From positions 46,066,001 to 46,130,000 of the forward strand of contig OX597823.1 in the NCBI GenBank assembly GCA_951406725.2: a DNA stretch of 64,000 bases, given 5' to 3'. Origin of the DNA: Octopus vulgaris. Its lineage: Eukaryota. Under the pieces are notes generated by a model. It was not told the DNA's origin, did no database searches, and saw nothing but the letters and a program-made list of their open reading frames with translations. Positions 1-12,843 of this stretch are shown here, in pieces; position 1 is the stretch's first letter, and each line of letters opens with the position of its first letter. Position numbers and translations under genes: made by a program.

Positions 1-645
1 ATTTAATCAACTACAAACTTTGAGGATATTTTCCGCATGACTTTCAGGTGCGCTGAACATATGGATACCTACATTTGAACAAAGCACAACATTTATATAG
101 AAGTCAAAGAAATATGTTGACAAACTGAAACACAAACAACAACTATTCGAAAGTTAAATTAATTTCAGACGTAGTTTAAATAACTAAAGTTTCATCGAGT
201 TCAAAGACAGTCAAGATAAACACTATATTAAAAGTAAAACAATTTCAAAGCTATGTTGTTAAATCTTGATGATATATAGAAATAGAATCATCTAGAAAAT
301 ACCCTCAACTGGAAAAAAGGGGATTACTTCTAAAAGAACTATTAATGTAATTCATTTTATAACTTAATTATTGATTGATGTGAAGACAGAACATAGCACA
401 TAACTAATATATATATATAGAGACCTGGACAACTGCAATGCAAGCTTTCAAATTAGGATATATATATATATATGGTATGAAACGTAAATATATGTTGTTA
501 CCTCAGATCATACAATTTAAATGTGAACGCATACACACATAATAAAATAGGAAGATGAAATCTTTTGGTCTTATCTATTCTCCATTACACGCGTTTCATT
601 TATAAATAAGAATTTACCCTAACTTATATAATATACTTTACAGAA

Positions 646-794
646 GCAGGAGTGGTTGTGTGGTAAGCAGCTTGCTTACCAACCACATAGTTCTGAGTTC
701 AGTCCACTGCGTGGCACCTTGGGCAAGTGTCTTCTACTATAGACTCGGGCCGACCAAAGCCTTGTGAGTGGTAGACGGAAACTGAAAGAAGCCC
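646..794 (+). mobile_element. SINE family A, 5' tRNA-derived head only
   Basis: gcaggagtggttgtgtggtaag...gttcagtccactgcgtggcaccttgggcaagtgtcttctactatag...gaaactgaaagaagccc; A/B-box-like motifs; matches copies at 12.6, 20.3, 38.0, 40.9 and 57.2 kb. Confidence 0.85.
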
Positions 795-1747
795 GGCGTG
801 AGGTCTGGGGAACGTGGAGGAAATTCAACGCTACCTCTCCTCCCAAACTATTTGTTTGGATTTGTTGCATCGAGGTAATTATTATAATTATCTCAACCTC
901 TACACTATGTGTCACGAGTAGCATATGGCAAACTGGTCAAGTTCCTAATGAGTAGGAGAGTTATTCTCAAGAGTCCAGAATTCTCCAAAGATGACATGCC
1001 ACCAAGACAATTATTCATCGTATGTCATTATACATTTGATTGTAATACTCCAAGGGAATTTACGACATGCCGGCCACTCTAGAGTATACCAACAACGTAC
1101 TGTTCAAAGCGACGCATGATTTGGACCAGTCCCTAGGCGCTAAGTGCTCATAGGGTTGCTTTTCTCCGTGTACACAACCGGAATATCCTATTTGATATTA
1201 TTTGATATCCAACCATCGGCCGGAACCACAAGTTTATCCAACCCTACTTGGTGCATATCTTTTCAAGTACCTACGTATACACATACATATACATACATAC
1301 ATACATTCATACCTACATTCAAACTTGTGTGTGTGTGTGTATACAGTCCACGGGTGAGATCCAGAGATTCTCCGTATAGACGACACTTTGTAGCGCTCAA
1401 ACTTAGACTCCGATGTGTTTACATGGGATCGATTCCACAAGGTAAAAAAAGGCTATAATATGGATGAAGTTGAGCTGGTATAGAGGTATTTATGCGGATA
1501 AACAAATCAGACACATTGACTATATTAAATATTCTAAAAATATTAGTTTCTGTATGTAATACAAAATATGTAAATATGTATAACGAGAGAAATCACAATG
1601 TGGAGAGTTCCAGTAGATGATTTTTTAGGTATAAATATCTAGATATATATATCAATAGGTCCAATTTGCGCAGAGTACAAACGGCAGAAGTTCAAAGATG
1701 GAACATTTGAACGCCTTTGTATTAAGATCTGAAATTCAAGATCTCTA

Positions 1748-1832
1748 ACCAGATGACGGAGATCCATACGGTTGCATATTGTGATAAACTACATCTATTA
1801 ACATGATAATGGATTTCCGAAGCCCCAGTAAT
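1748..1832 (+). ncRNA. Degenerate hammerhead-like motif (probable PLE terminal-repeat remnant)
   Basis: CAGATGA-c-ggagatccat...atggatttcc-GAAG; 10-bp stem II intact, two core positions deviate from CUGAnGA/GAAA. Confidence 0.35.
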
Positions 1833-2002
1833 CGCCGTTGGATTTAGGACATATTTCCTCCACCATATTAATTTTCTCAGTTGTTTGTACTGTTTTTAAA
1901 TTGGACCTATTAATATGAATATCTACATATCTATACTTCAAAATTCATCATCTGCAAGTCTCCATCTTTTGCTTATTCACTTTAGTGACGTCTGAACTTA
2001 TG

Positions 2003-2053
<51 letters not shown>

Positions 2054-2195
2054 TTATATATGTATAGATATATGTATATATATTTATACATGTATATATA
2101 TATATATAAGTATATATAAATATTTATATGCATATATATATACATGTATGTATGTATGTATATATATGCATACATGTATATATGTACGTATATAT

Positions 2196-2333
2196 AAGGC
2201 GGCGAGCTGGCAGACACGTTAGTACGCCGGGCGAAATGCTTAACGGTATTTCGTCTGTCGTTACATTCTGAGTTCAAATTCCGCCGAGGTCGACTTTGCC
2301 TTATGTTTAGCCCCTTGTGGGCAGTAAAGAAAT
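2196..2333 (+). mobile_element. SINE family B, internally deleted
   Basis: aaggcggcgagctggcaga...gagttcaaattccgccgaggtcgactttgcctt joined directly to tail tttagccccttgtgggcagtaaagaaat. Confidence 0.85.
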
Positions 2334-3706
2334 GTATATATGCACGTACGCACACATCTACATCACTACCCAAAACAGATAAGTACTTGATAAAAATTAC
2401 TACGTTTGCGGTACGGTGCGACTAGATGGTAATCATAACATGAAGGTCAATGTTCATGAATGTTTGTGTGTACATGTGAGTATGTGTATGTGTGTGCGTG
2501 TACGTTAGTATGTGTATGCGTGCATGGTTATGCCTGTGCGCGTGTACGGGCACTTGTTTGCATGCATCAATATAAATAAGCATCGTTTTCTTTGTTTTTT
2601 AATACATTGACATGATTGGTGGAGGGGAGATTTTTGTATTAATCTTAGCACGTGGAAGTCGCTCGTTTGCTCGTCATAACGGTATAGAAACGGACGTAAA
2701 AGGAAGGGTTTAGCTGAGGAGAACGGAGGAAAATAGTGGGGAATTATAAATGGTGGAAGAGAGAGAGAGAGAGAGTGAGTTGCGGTGGAAGCAGATGAAA
2801 GCAAAAGAATGGTACAAAAACGGTTACAGTGAGTAGGGAACAAACAACAATACGGTGTCCATATGTATGTGTATGTGTGAGAGTATGTTTGTGTGAGTGA
2901 GAGAGAGAGAGAGAGAGAGTAAGAGAAAGTGAGCGATAAAGAGAGAGAGGAGGAAGGTGAGAGCAAGAGAAAATGAAATAGAAATAAAAGGAGTGGAGTA
3001 GAGGAAAGAATTTGATAGGAGAGATGGGGCGTTCCTGGAATGTATATGCGAGTAATTGTATGTAAGCGTGAAAATGAGAGCGGACAAGTGACAGAAAGAA
3101 GTAGTGTATACGGTTTTGTTTGCCTCAAGGAGATACTTGAAGGTTCCTTACTGATTAAAGGTGGTGAGATGGAGATACATATTCAGATCCATAACACAAT
3201 AGAATAAAAGTGTTGCAAAATGGTCGTTTTTCCACTGTAATCGCTCTAGTGGATCTGATCAGCATGGATATCTTAACGACTCACTTGTTTAAGATACGGT
3301 AAAGTGGGTTACGTTCAGTTTACGCTGTTGCTGTTGTTGTTGTTGCTGTTCAGATTGATTACACTATCATCATTGACGCGTATGCGGATGTGTGTATCTG
3401 TGTGCATGTATGTATGTATGTACGTATGTATGTATGTACATATGTGTGTGTGTGTGTGGTTGTGTGGGTATGTGTCTGTGTTTACAGTACAATGTATAAC
3501 AAAAAAAAAACAAAAAACATTTGCTTCATTGAGTGCACACGTTTGTTGCACAACTTATCTATTTACAAAAAAGGGATTGTATAATTAAAATATGTTGAGT
3601 GCTGAGGAAAGAAAAGGGTTCTAAATGCTATTAATTCGAGGGTATGATAAGTATCAGGTATACCCTCATGCATTATTAACATATAATGTATATATAACGT
3701 GTGTGC

Positions 3707-3709
<3 letters not shown>

Positions 3710-3745
<36 letters not shown>

Positions 3746-3784
3746 CATGTGTGTATATAATATTATATATGTGCATATATATTT

Positions 3785-3815
<31 letters not shown>

Positions 3816-3817
3816 AG

Positions 3818-3913
<96 letters not shown>

Positions 3914-4011
3914 TATATTACGCATGTCTGTGAACGGGGACACATGTTCCTTTGTGCTGTTTAATCAGTAAATTGTATCATTTCAATTTGTTATACATAC
4001 TTCTGCTCCTA

Positions 4012-4082
<71 letters not shown>
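3710..4082. repeat. (TA)n and (TG)n microsatellite cluster
   Basis: Long pure TA runs 3710-3908 and TG run 4012-4082. Confidence 0.95.
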
Positions 4083-4085
<3 letters not shown>

Positions 4086-6053
4086 TATTATGTGACTAAT
4101 TGTGATAAGGCATCACTATACTTAATTTATATGCGAGAACATCTTCGAATATTAACACATGACACTAAGTTAAGGGTATGTGTAGATATATATATATATA
4201 TACATACGTATGATCTGAACAATATGTGTATATGAAAATTCATTTAAACCATGGTAGCTCGGAAAATCTGGTCGGAGAGGGAAGTAAACGATAGGACAGG
4301 GGGAAAATTATGTCAGGAAAATAAAACAGAATGCTACAATAGACATGAAACCAAGTGGAAACTTTCAACAAAGGTAGCAAACACAATAACAACAAAACAA
4401 TAATCACAACCTTATATGTAATACAGTGATCTTTGATTTAATCTCTTTATCATAGACGTAGCATTATGATATAAAAGTCGTGTACCACAACACTAGGTGA
4501 TTACCCATGCAACAAATGTCACTGTGGTGTTAGTGAGCTGTTCAAATCATACTGATCAATTAATGAACCATGCACTTACAAAATGCACTTTTATCTTTCC
4601 CAATAGACTTTCTGACAAGTTTCCACTGTATGAACCTGCCTCGATGACATTTCTTCTAATACTCTTTTGAGCTTTCAGCTTGTTTCTTCTTTTCTTCAAA
4701 TTCTGTGTCAATGTGCGATAGAAAATCATTTCTAGAATTAGAAATAGTAATTCGAAACTTTTTGATGTTTGATTCCAGAATATTCTTGGTATTTGCTGCT
4801 TTATTTCATTTCTTTCTTTCTAATTTTTTTCTTTCATTTTTCATTCTTTCTATGGTTTTTATTTCTGTTTCTCCTTTTCCTTTATCTTTATATTATACAT
4901 AATCCTTTGTTATTCGCATTTTTTTTTAATTTTTACATATTTATATTATATTGCATGTTCCCTACAATTTTATGGACTGTTTGAAACATTATGATATAGT
5001 TTTTTTTTTTCCTGTTTTGCATTAAAATTTAATTCCGAATTATACTTGCATGTTTATTACTATTTAGATGTATATCTGATTTATTGTCTGAAAAGAAGAA
5101 CAAAAGGTATTTTTATATGAAGTTAATATATCGATACAAAATACGAGATAGCCTGGCATTTTATAATAGCTTATATTTTCTTTTATCCATTCAGCGAACA
5201 CTCAATTTTATATCATACATTTAAACACGCCTGTGCCCCCACTACCACATATATACAAATAATAAAAAGTAAAATTAGGCATAGAAACACATGCACGTAC
5301 TCAAAAATTCAAACGTACAAACAAAACAACATATAATCAGATCATACACACATATAAATGGAACATACACACTGAAACAAACAAGTACTTGTTTTATTCT
5401 CACCCAGACGTAAGCGGGGACATTCATACATTTAAGCATACATTTTCAAAAAAGCAAAAAATATATTTATGTCATATAAAGCCACACACATACAGACAAA
5501 TGCAAACTGCTCCTCTGTGAAAGGCACTCATAAAAAACACTTACCGTAAAAAAAACCCACGTCCATTAACATATATTTAAACGCTAGAGTTACAACGTCT
5601 GTTGTAACTGTAGCATTTAATTGTCTCATAGAAAGTTTATCAGAGGCCCAGAGAGGCATTGCCTTCTAGATACTATGTTTCTCTTTGTATTTATGTTTAT
5701 GCCTAAGCATACAAGTGATTTGGCGGCAGTAGGCGTGGGTTGGGATAAAAACAACTTCTTGATGGTTTATACTGCATTCAAATATTTAAATGTTATTTAA
5801 ATATTATGCTTAGTGTTCTGGAAATATTAGAGTGGGGTAAAGAAGAGGTATTGACGTGCTCGTACATATGATTTGAATCGAATTGAGGTTTAGCGCTCAT
5901 CGAACATTTATGGAAATAACTTTTCACATTTCATATGCAGCTATCTTCTTATTTCGAGTGATGATATCGTCTCTTGTACAAAAACTGTCGACTTGCGATA
6001 CACCTACACTATCGCTCGCCGTAGTAAACCTTTCCTTATTTATCCTTTCCAGC

Positions 6054-6271
6054 AAGATGGTGAGCTGGTAGAGTCGTTAGCACGTCAGGCAAAATGCTTA
6101 GCATTTCGTCCATCTTTACGTTCTGAGTTCGCATTCCACTGAGGTCGACTTTGTCTTTCATCCTTCTGAGGTTGAGGTGGATAAAATAAGTACCAGTTGA
6201 GCACTGGGGTCGATGTAATCGACTAGTCCCCTACCTCAAGCCTGCTGGCCTTGTTCCAAAATTTGAAAGCA
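6054..6271 (+). mobile_element. SINE family B (tail ending ggccttgttccaaaatttgaaa)
   Basis: Head ggtgagctggtagagtcgttagcacg, core gtcgactttgtctttcatcc...ataaaataagtaccag. Confidence 0.85.
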
Positions 6272-6637
6272 ATATTTATCCTGTACAGCCTGCTGGAATA
6301 TATCATTCTTTTTTTTTTATAGTAGAACTAGTAGTAGTTGTAGACATTTCACTGCTATTTTGAAAACAATAAAATTGTTGGAAGATTATAATGCATAGTG
6401 AAATACATGACTGCCTTCACACTTCTATTTTTTATGGACCATTTGATTCGTTACTTAAAAGTTTGTATGAAAACAATACCTTATGTTAAATACTAAAAAT
6501 CTTTTCTACATTTTGAATTGTTATCTATTATTTATATCTTTATGTCAAAAAGTTTGACGTGCTCTAGTAAGGAATACACACAATTGGCATTAGAAAATGA
6601 TTGTTTGTATATATACATATATATATATATATATAAT

Positions 6638-6783
6638 CACTAGCCACTACACATTCTTTATTTTGTCTCCTTGTTTCTTTATGTGTTCCTTTCTTTTGAA
6701 CAGCGTAGGCTCGAAACGTTAAAGACATTTTCACTTCCCGGGCGTTAAACTAATACATCTGTTTGTTGTCTAAACCACCTGTT

Positions 6784-6785
<2 letters not shown>
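6638..6785 (+). mobile_element. (TA)n-embedded short repeat with hammerhead-like motif (decayed copy)
   Basis: Homologous to 29077-29223 and 33189-33375 (tagccactacaca...gcgtaggctcgaaacgt...gcgttaaactaatacatctgtttg); TA tracts on both sides. Confidence 0.75.
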
Positions 6786-6833
<48 letters not shown>

Positions 6834-6847
6834 CGTACACACATGTA

Positions 6848-6903
<56 letters not shown>

Positions 6904-6910
6904 CATATCC

Positions 6911-7106
6911 TAAACATGAACAAAAAGCACAAAAACAACAACAACGCGAGGACGTGGTGCATGTAAAGTATTTGCAGACACTCAGGGAAGGAAAGAAAGG
7001 TGATTTTACGTTTCGAGCAAAGCTCTTCTACAGAAACAGTAGACAGAGGAAAGTCCAATAGAAAAGGAAGACAGGGGAAAAAATATCGCCAACGATTCAC
7101 ATATGG

Positions 7107-7112
<6 letters not shown>
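6911..7112 (-). mobile_element. (TA)n-embedded short repeat with hammerhead-like motif (second subfamily)
   Basis: Minus strand 7037-7003 reads ttt-CTGTAGA-a-gagc-ttt-gctc-GAAA-cgta-aaa; TA tracts on both sides. Confidence 0.65.
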
Positions 7113-7173
<61 letters not shown>

Positions 7174-7559
7174 TATACACGTCTGTCTATTGTGAAAATG
7201 TTATTAAAATTAGTATAATTTTGATGAAACAATAAGATTTCTAGTAAACTCTATAAACAATTTTACCAATCTTAACTCGCGAAAAAGTCGATCTGCTGTG
7301 AAAATAATTTTCCATGGAACGCGTTTAAAAGCTTATGCTGGTTGTCTACAGATAACAGATCGATATTTGCGAATCAAGTGTTTATCGCATCCATAAATAT
7401 TTCTACGTGGAAAAGAAATTTTTTCCCGTGTTAGCCTATAATGTGTATTCATTTATACTTCGAATCACGACTTCATAATAGTTCATAATCGAACAAACAA
7501 AGTCTGATCATAACGTGTTTGTTTTTTAAAGCGTAGCTGGTGTAGTCGTCTGAAGAATA

Positions 7560-8460
7560 GCACTGAAGGAAGCAAAGAAGGACTGAATTTCGGATTATAA
7601 AGCAAGTACTGGATTATACACTGGGTTCACAAGACAGTAGGAAGGGACTAGAAATCATTCAAAAGCTGCTTGCTGGTGTAGATAATAAAATACTACAACT
7701 TCACTAATCTGTGAAATTGTTGACGAAGCGCCTATTATTCATGACATACCACAGTATATTGAACCAAAAAGAGAAAGAAAACGGTATTAATGAGAACTAC
7801 CAGTTACGAGGAATGTAAAATCAGTTTAGCACTTCCTCATATTGCTGCCAGCACCATGTTAAAACCTATGATGCTTTTAAGAGAAACGTTCTACGAAAAG
7901 AGAAATTTCCAAAAAGAATTGCCATCCATGAGCATCCACAAGGCTGGGTAGATGAAGGTAGACGTAGAATAAGGTCAAAGGATATTTAGAATATAAAATC
8001 TGGAAGGCGGCGAGTTGGCAGACACATTAGCACGCCAGGCGAAATGCATAACAGTATTTCATCTGTCTTTACGATCTGAGTACAAATTCTGCAGAGGTCG
8101 ACTTTGCCTTTCATCCTTTCAGGGTCGTTAATTAAGAACCGATTGCGTTCTGGGGTCGATCTAATCGCCTGCTTCCCCCTCCCCCAAAATTTGTGCTTAA
8201 AGTAGAAAAGGAATTTAAAACCTGGTGAACAACAAAAAGAACGAAGTTTGCTTATCAGAGATCAGTTTAAGGAAGATCTGGCGAACAATATTTTTGTTAA
8301 CCTCCGATCACAAGAGATGATATTGATATTGCTGTAATTCTTGGTGGACTAACAAATTTTTGCAACTATGAGATGTCAATGCTAATTAGTGACTTAAAGA
8401 CATAGTGAGAATCAAGTTGAATAACTGGATGCACTACAGAAAAGAAAAACATACATGAAA
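7560..8460 (+). mobile_element. pogo/Tigger-like DNA transposon, decayed DDE_1 transposase interrupted by a SINE
   Basis: Frameshifted pieces DEAP, LMRTT.YEE, MLKPMML, IAIHEHPQGWVDE, RSLLIRDQF, IAVILGGLT match the pogo pattern (DETP, TTGHEK, KLKPMVIF, HPKGWMDE, SLLVWDSF, AVIPGGLT). Confidence 0.75.
8004..8210 (+). mobile_element. SINE family B with 15-bp TSD
   Basis: Full head-core-tail; flanks gaatataaaatctgg (7989-8003) and gaatttaaaacctgg (8211-8225). Confidence 0.9.
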
Positions 8461-8559
8461 AATGGCGATGTAAGGGTTTTATTACTGACTAATATCTGTG
8501 ATACGTGGAAGAAAATAAAACTAATACTATTCTTTCTGTTTCTCCTCTTTGTCTCTTGT

Positions 8560-9062
8560 CTGCAAAGAGAATCTTGCGAGTGCGTTCAAAGGAGGCTGTT
8601 GCTTGGTAGCCAGTGAGACGCCAGACTTCATTTCAGTGGTAAGAACATACCACTGGTGGTGAGCAGTGTAGTAGAAGACAAGGGACTGGTGGAGACAGAA
8701 GAGTGCAACTCTCTCCCCACCACCACCACACACACAAGGGAGTCCTTGTACATCTTCGTTATTGCAAAGCAAGAGAAGCGTTGCATAGCTGTGTCTGAGT
8801 TGGAAACAAGGGCAACGTCTTCTGCATAAAGTAACTCAAGGAAGACTTCTTCCACTGTTTTGGAGTGAGCTTGCTGGAGACCAGGTAGAAGAAGTAGCCA
8901 TCAAAACAGTACCGAATGTAGATGCCGTCTTGATCATTAGGACCTTCAGTGGTATGCTGGAGCATCAAACTGGAAATAATGATGAAAAGGGTCGATGCGA
9001 AGACGCAGCCTTGCTTCACACCGTTGTCAATAAGGAAAGGCTCAGAAAGATCATTACTGTAC
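8560..9062 (-). mobile_element. RTE-clade LINE reverse transcriptase fragment
   Basis: SEPFLIDNGVKQGCVFASTLF...GIYIRY..DG and ELLYAEDVAL (RTE GVKQGCVLAPTLF and YADD motifs), frameshifted. Confidence 0.85.
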
Positions 9063-9257
9063 CTTATGTACTTCGGTAGTTAAGATGGCATGCGTGAAAA
9101 GTACCAAAATTATGTTATAGATTCTACTATTAAGGTATTTGTTAAATTTCACCATACTCCACTATAGCAAGGTATCAAATTAATGAATACCTTCGATACT
9201 ATATAAAATGCAGAATGCATGAATATAAACATTAAATTGCGTACATTTGCAGCCATA

Positions 9258-9490
9258 TATTTCTTTACTACCCACAAGGGGCTAAACACAGAGGGCACAA
9301 ACAAGGACAGACAAACGGATTAAGTCGATTACATCGACCCCAATACATAACTGGTACTTAATTTATCGACCCCGAAAGGATGAAAGGCAAAGTCGACCTC
9401 GGCGGAATTTGAACCCAGAACGTAACGGCAGACTAAATACGGTTACGCATTTCGCCCGGCGTACTAACGTTTCTGCCAGCTCGCCGCCTT
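9258..9490 (-). mobile_element. SINE family B, full length (tail ending gggtagtaaagaaat)
   Basis: Reverse complement of the head-core-tail unit seen at 58444-58674. Confidence 0.9.
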
Positions 9491-11534
9491 AATTGAATAA
9501 CTTATTGCATTACTTTATGACCAACTTCTAAGAACTTTATAATTAGAAATATGACTACATTTTGTTTGAAGGTGAAATTGAGCTCGAGTTTTCAGGTTTA
9601 AAATCGGTATTTTTACATACTAGTGAACCCAAAGCGTTTGTTATGCTGTCAGTAAAGTAACGGTTATATTGTTAAAAGCACTTCCGGTTGTCAGAGAGGA
9701 AGTGACAACTGATTACTAAAAGGAAGTATTGACAACCGCTTGAAATTCCATCTTATCTGAGGAGTGGCCAGGTATGTTGCACTCTTCTGTCTCCATCAAT
9801 GCACCAATTTAACTGTATTTGACAGCATGACATCCATTAATTAGACGTGTTTATGCAGACAGTTCTTCCTTTTGAACCAAATGAAAATACAGCTACACAT
9901 TAAAGGCTAGACATGAAAAGTTGTTCTTTGGATTTTTCTCATTAAATTTATGACAAAAAGTCATAAAAACAGCAAAATGTTTCTATTTTTATATTTAAAA
10001 AAAAAATTATAATGAAGCTTTCCCAGCCGTTCTGCAGGTTTGTTCACTTCATTAAAGGCAATGGTAATATTCCAATATAGAAGCCACTTCATTTACTCTA
10101 ACGGAAACAAACTTAGTGGCTAGATGACGTATTATTTTCATTTAAGACAGGAAATAGAAAGATACGCTTTAATTAATATAGAGGAATTGTTTAAGAAGGA
10201 AACAGAGACACCATTTGCCTTGAGATACCTACACTCTGTAGCAAGTTGAGTGATACTATAGTTACATAGATTTAAATAACATTACCCTCAGTTTTGTATA
10301 ACTCTGAATGAATGAAAAATTGATATTTTATAAAATATTGTTTGCAATACGATTCTATTAATAAGTTAACCTATAGCTCGACAGACTTGATTGCCCTGCC
10401 CTTTTTTGTGCTCCGCTGTTTTTCATCTTGAACATCGAAACTATTTCGTCATTGTTTACATTTAAGTTATAAAGAACCTCTGTTTGTGTTGGTAAATAGT
10501 ATTTACTTTAAAGAACCGTTACTGAATATCTCTCTTTGAGAGATTTAGAAATAATAATGTTTCCATTTATTAGATCGGTGACTGTGTGTCACTTTGAAAA
10601 CTTTATATCTTCGAACAGGAATTCAGCAGCGCCACCTAGCCCAAGCAGCTACACTGTATTGATAAAGAGAATAACTCAGAAACCGGTCCACAGATGTTGC
10701 TTTATGCTGGATGGGGGTGCTGGATTCCCTATTTGAAAATATAAGGACACAGATATTGTGTCGTATAGTCCTGAGGCTAAACAACAGTAACAATCGTCCC
10801 TTCCAGAACAGCCAAATTATGTTGGCAAATAGTCTTAACCTCTGCTTAAATTATCCATCTATTCGAGAAGAAGTTTCTCAGTTTTAATAGAGAAACGATT
10901 TTGCCAAAGTGTGAAAACGAAACATGTAACCCTCACATTGGATCCAGACATAGAAATAATATTGTTTGGAAAGAGGTGAAAACTGAAATGCTATCATACC
11001 TGAATATAACATAGAGTCTATAACAATTTACAACACCAAGGTGCAAATGGAGAAGAGTATACCATCTATAGCGAATGCAAAGGTGTTAATGTGTAGCAAA
11101 CATAAAAAAAAAAGCAACGTTTTCAGAAACATGTGAAGTTATATGAGTAGTCTAATACGAAGGGATCCGAACGTATACCGATTTCAGGAGTTCATGATCT
11201 CATGTCTCATTTACAGACAACTTCTTGAATCGGAAATGAAATGTATTTAAGTTGTATTAACATTCAACCTTTATCTAGTATTTCATTAAATATAATTTCA
11301 AAACGTATTTTATCTTCTTAGTGTAGTTTATACGTATAGTCAATCCCTAATTAGACATCTAATTAACTGTATTACTGTATTACTAGTTTCATAATTTCAT
11401 TTTCGGTGTCAGGTTTCTAAATGATATAAGCTTGGTGAAATAACTATTGCCCATTCTCTTGTCGGTCAATTTTGAATGGAAATGTGACTTCTGTTCTAAT
11501 AAAACTAAAATAATAAAAGCTTAATATACATACA

Positions 11535-11733
11535 GCGGCGAACTGGCAGAATCGTTTACACGCCGGCGAAAATGCTTAGCATCAATTCCTTCTGAGTTCA
11601 AATTCCCTTGAGGTCGACTTTGTCTTTCATCCTTTCGGGATGATAAAATAAGTACCAAATGAGGACTGGAGTCGATTTAATCGATTTAATCGCCTCTCTC
11701 GAACTTGCTGGCCTTGTGCCAAAATTTGAAACC
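11535..11733 (+). mobile_element. SINE family B with probable 14-bp TSD
   Basis: gcggcgaactggcagaatcg...ggccttgtgccaaaatttgaaacc; flanks aatatacatacagc / aatatgtatacagc. Confidence 0.85.
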
Positions 11734-12422
11734 AATATGTATACAGCCTAACTTAATATAAATAACCATTCATAAACGAAATGAATGTGACCTTGAATAC
11801 GAGTTTTATGCCTAATTTACGGCCGAGAAGTTGGGACTCGAACAGATTCACAAAAGCTTGGGCTTAAGCCTAAGAATTAAAGACGTGATTGATATACACA
11901 CGATGAGCATCATCCTTTGTGCTCTACCTGTAAACGACTACAATGACAATAAAATGAATTGAATTAATATAATTAACAGCAATCTTTCATAGGTTTTCAG
12001 TTGATTTTCCAGCGGTGGTTTTAAATTGTTTTACTATTTCATCCTTACACAACATGATGTTATCAGTGAACACAATTGTCATATAAACTCGCTCTTTAGC
12101 GAACTTCTTTCTTCAAAAACAGATTTATATTGTAGCTTTGTAAATAGGTAATTAATTAAGAGGTAAATAGTAATTAATTAATTAACTGAATAATGTATAT
12201 TTGCAAGATAATATCCATTCACTTTGAAAATAATCTACGCAAGATTTCAAAATAAAAGACATTGATAAAAATAAGAGGAATGTAAGATGCACATGATAAC
12301 AATATGTAATGCACTTAGTGAATTATCTACCAGATATAGAGGATTAAACAATAAAAAAAATATTGCCAATGATCATGTGTAAGGTAATAAAGATGTGAAC
12401 ATATATGCAAAATCAAGCTAAT

Positions 12423-12456
<34 letters not shown>

Positions 12457-12593
12457 GCACTCGTATTTTCTGGATTCTCTTGGCTTCCTGTTGTCTGCTT
12501 TTATTCTCTATTCTGTGCATTTGTGTCGATGCATTTAACGTTACATACGTACATACATACATACATACATACATACATACATACACAGACATG

Positions 12594-12631
<38 letters not shown>

Positions 12632-12634
<3 letters not shown>

Positions 12635-12778
12635 TGGCTGTGTGGTAAGAATCTTGCTTCCCAATCACATGGTTCTGAGTTCAGTTCCACTGCGTGGCAC
12701 CCTAGGCACGTGTCTTCTACTGTTGTCTCGGGTCGGCGAAAGAGTGGATTTGTAGATAGAAAATGGAAGAAGCTCGTC

Positions 12779-12843
<65 letters not shown>

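Noticed and set aside
2610-2760. Promoter-like motifs (CCAAT reverse, CACGTG, TATA); also ETS-like ccggaagt at ~9620 and ~14615
   Set aside because: Short motifs expected by chance; no linked gene.
3264-4670. Two-exon micro-ORF MDILTTHLFKIR / LSDKFPLYEPASMTFLLILF*
   Set aside because: Weak donor (GTAAAG), no recognisable homology; expected by chance.
5577-5620. ~18-bp hairpin resembling a terminator
   Set aside because: Eukaryotic DNA, no adjacent gene; isolated quasi-palindrome.
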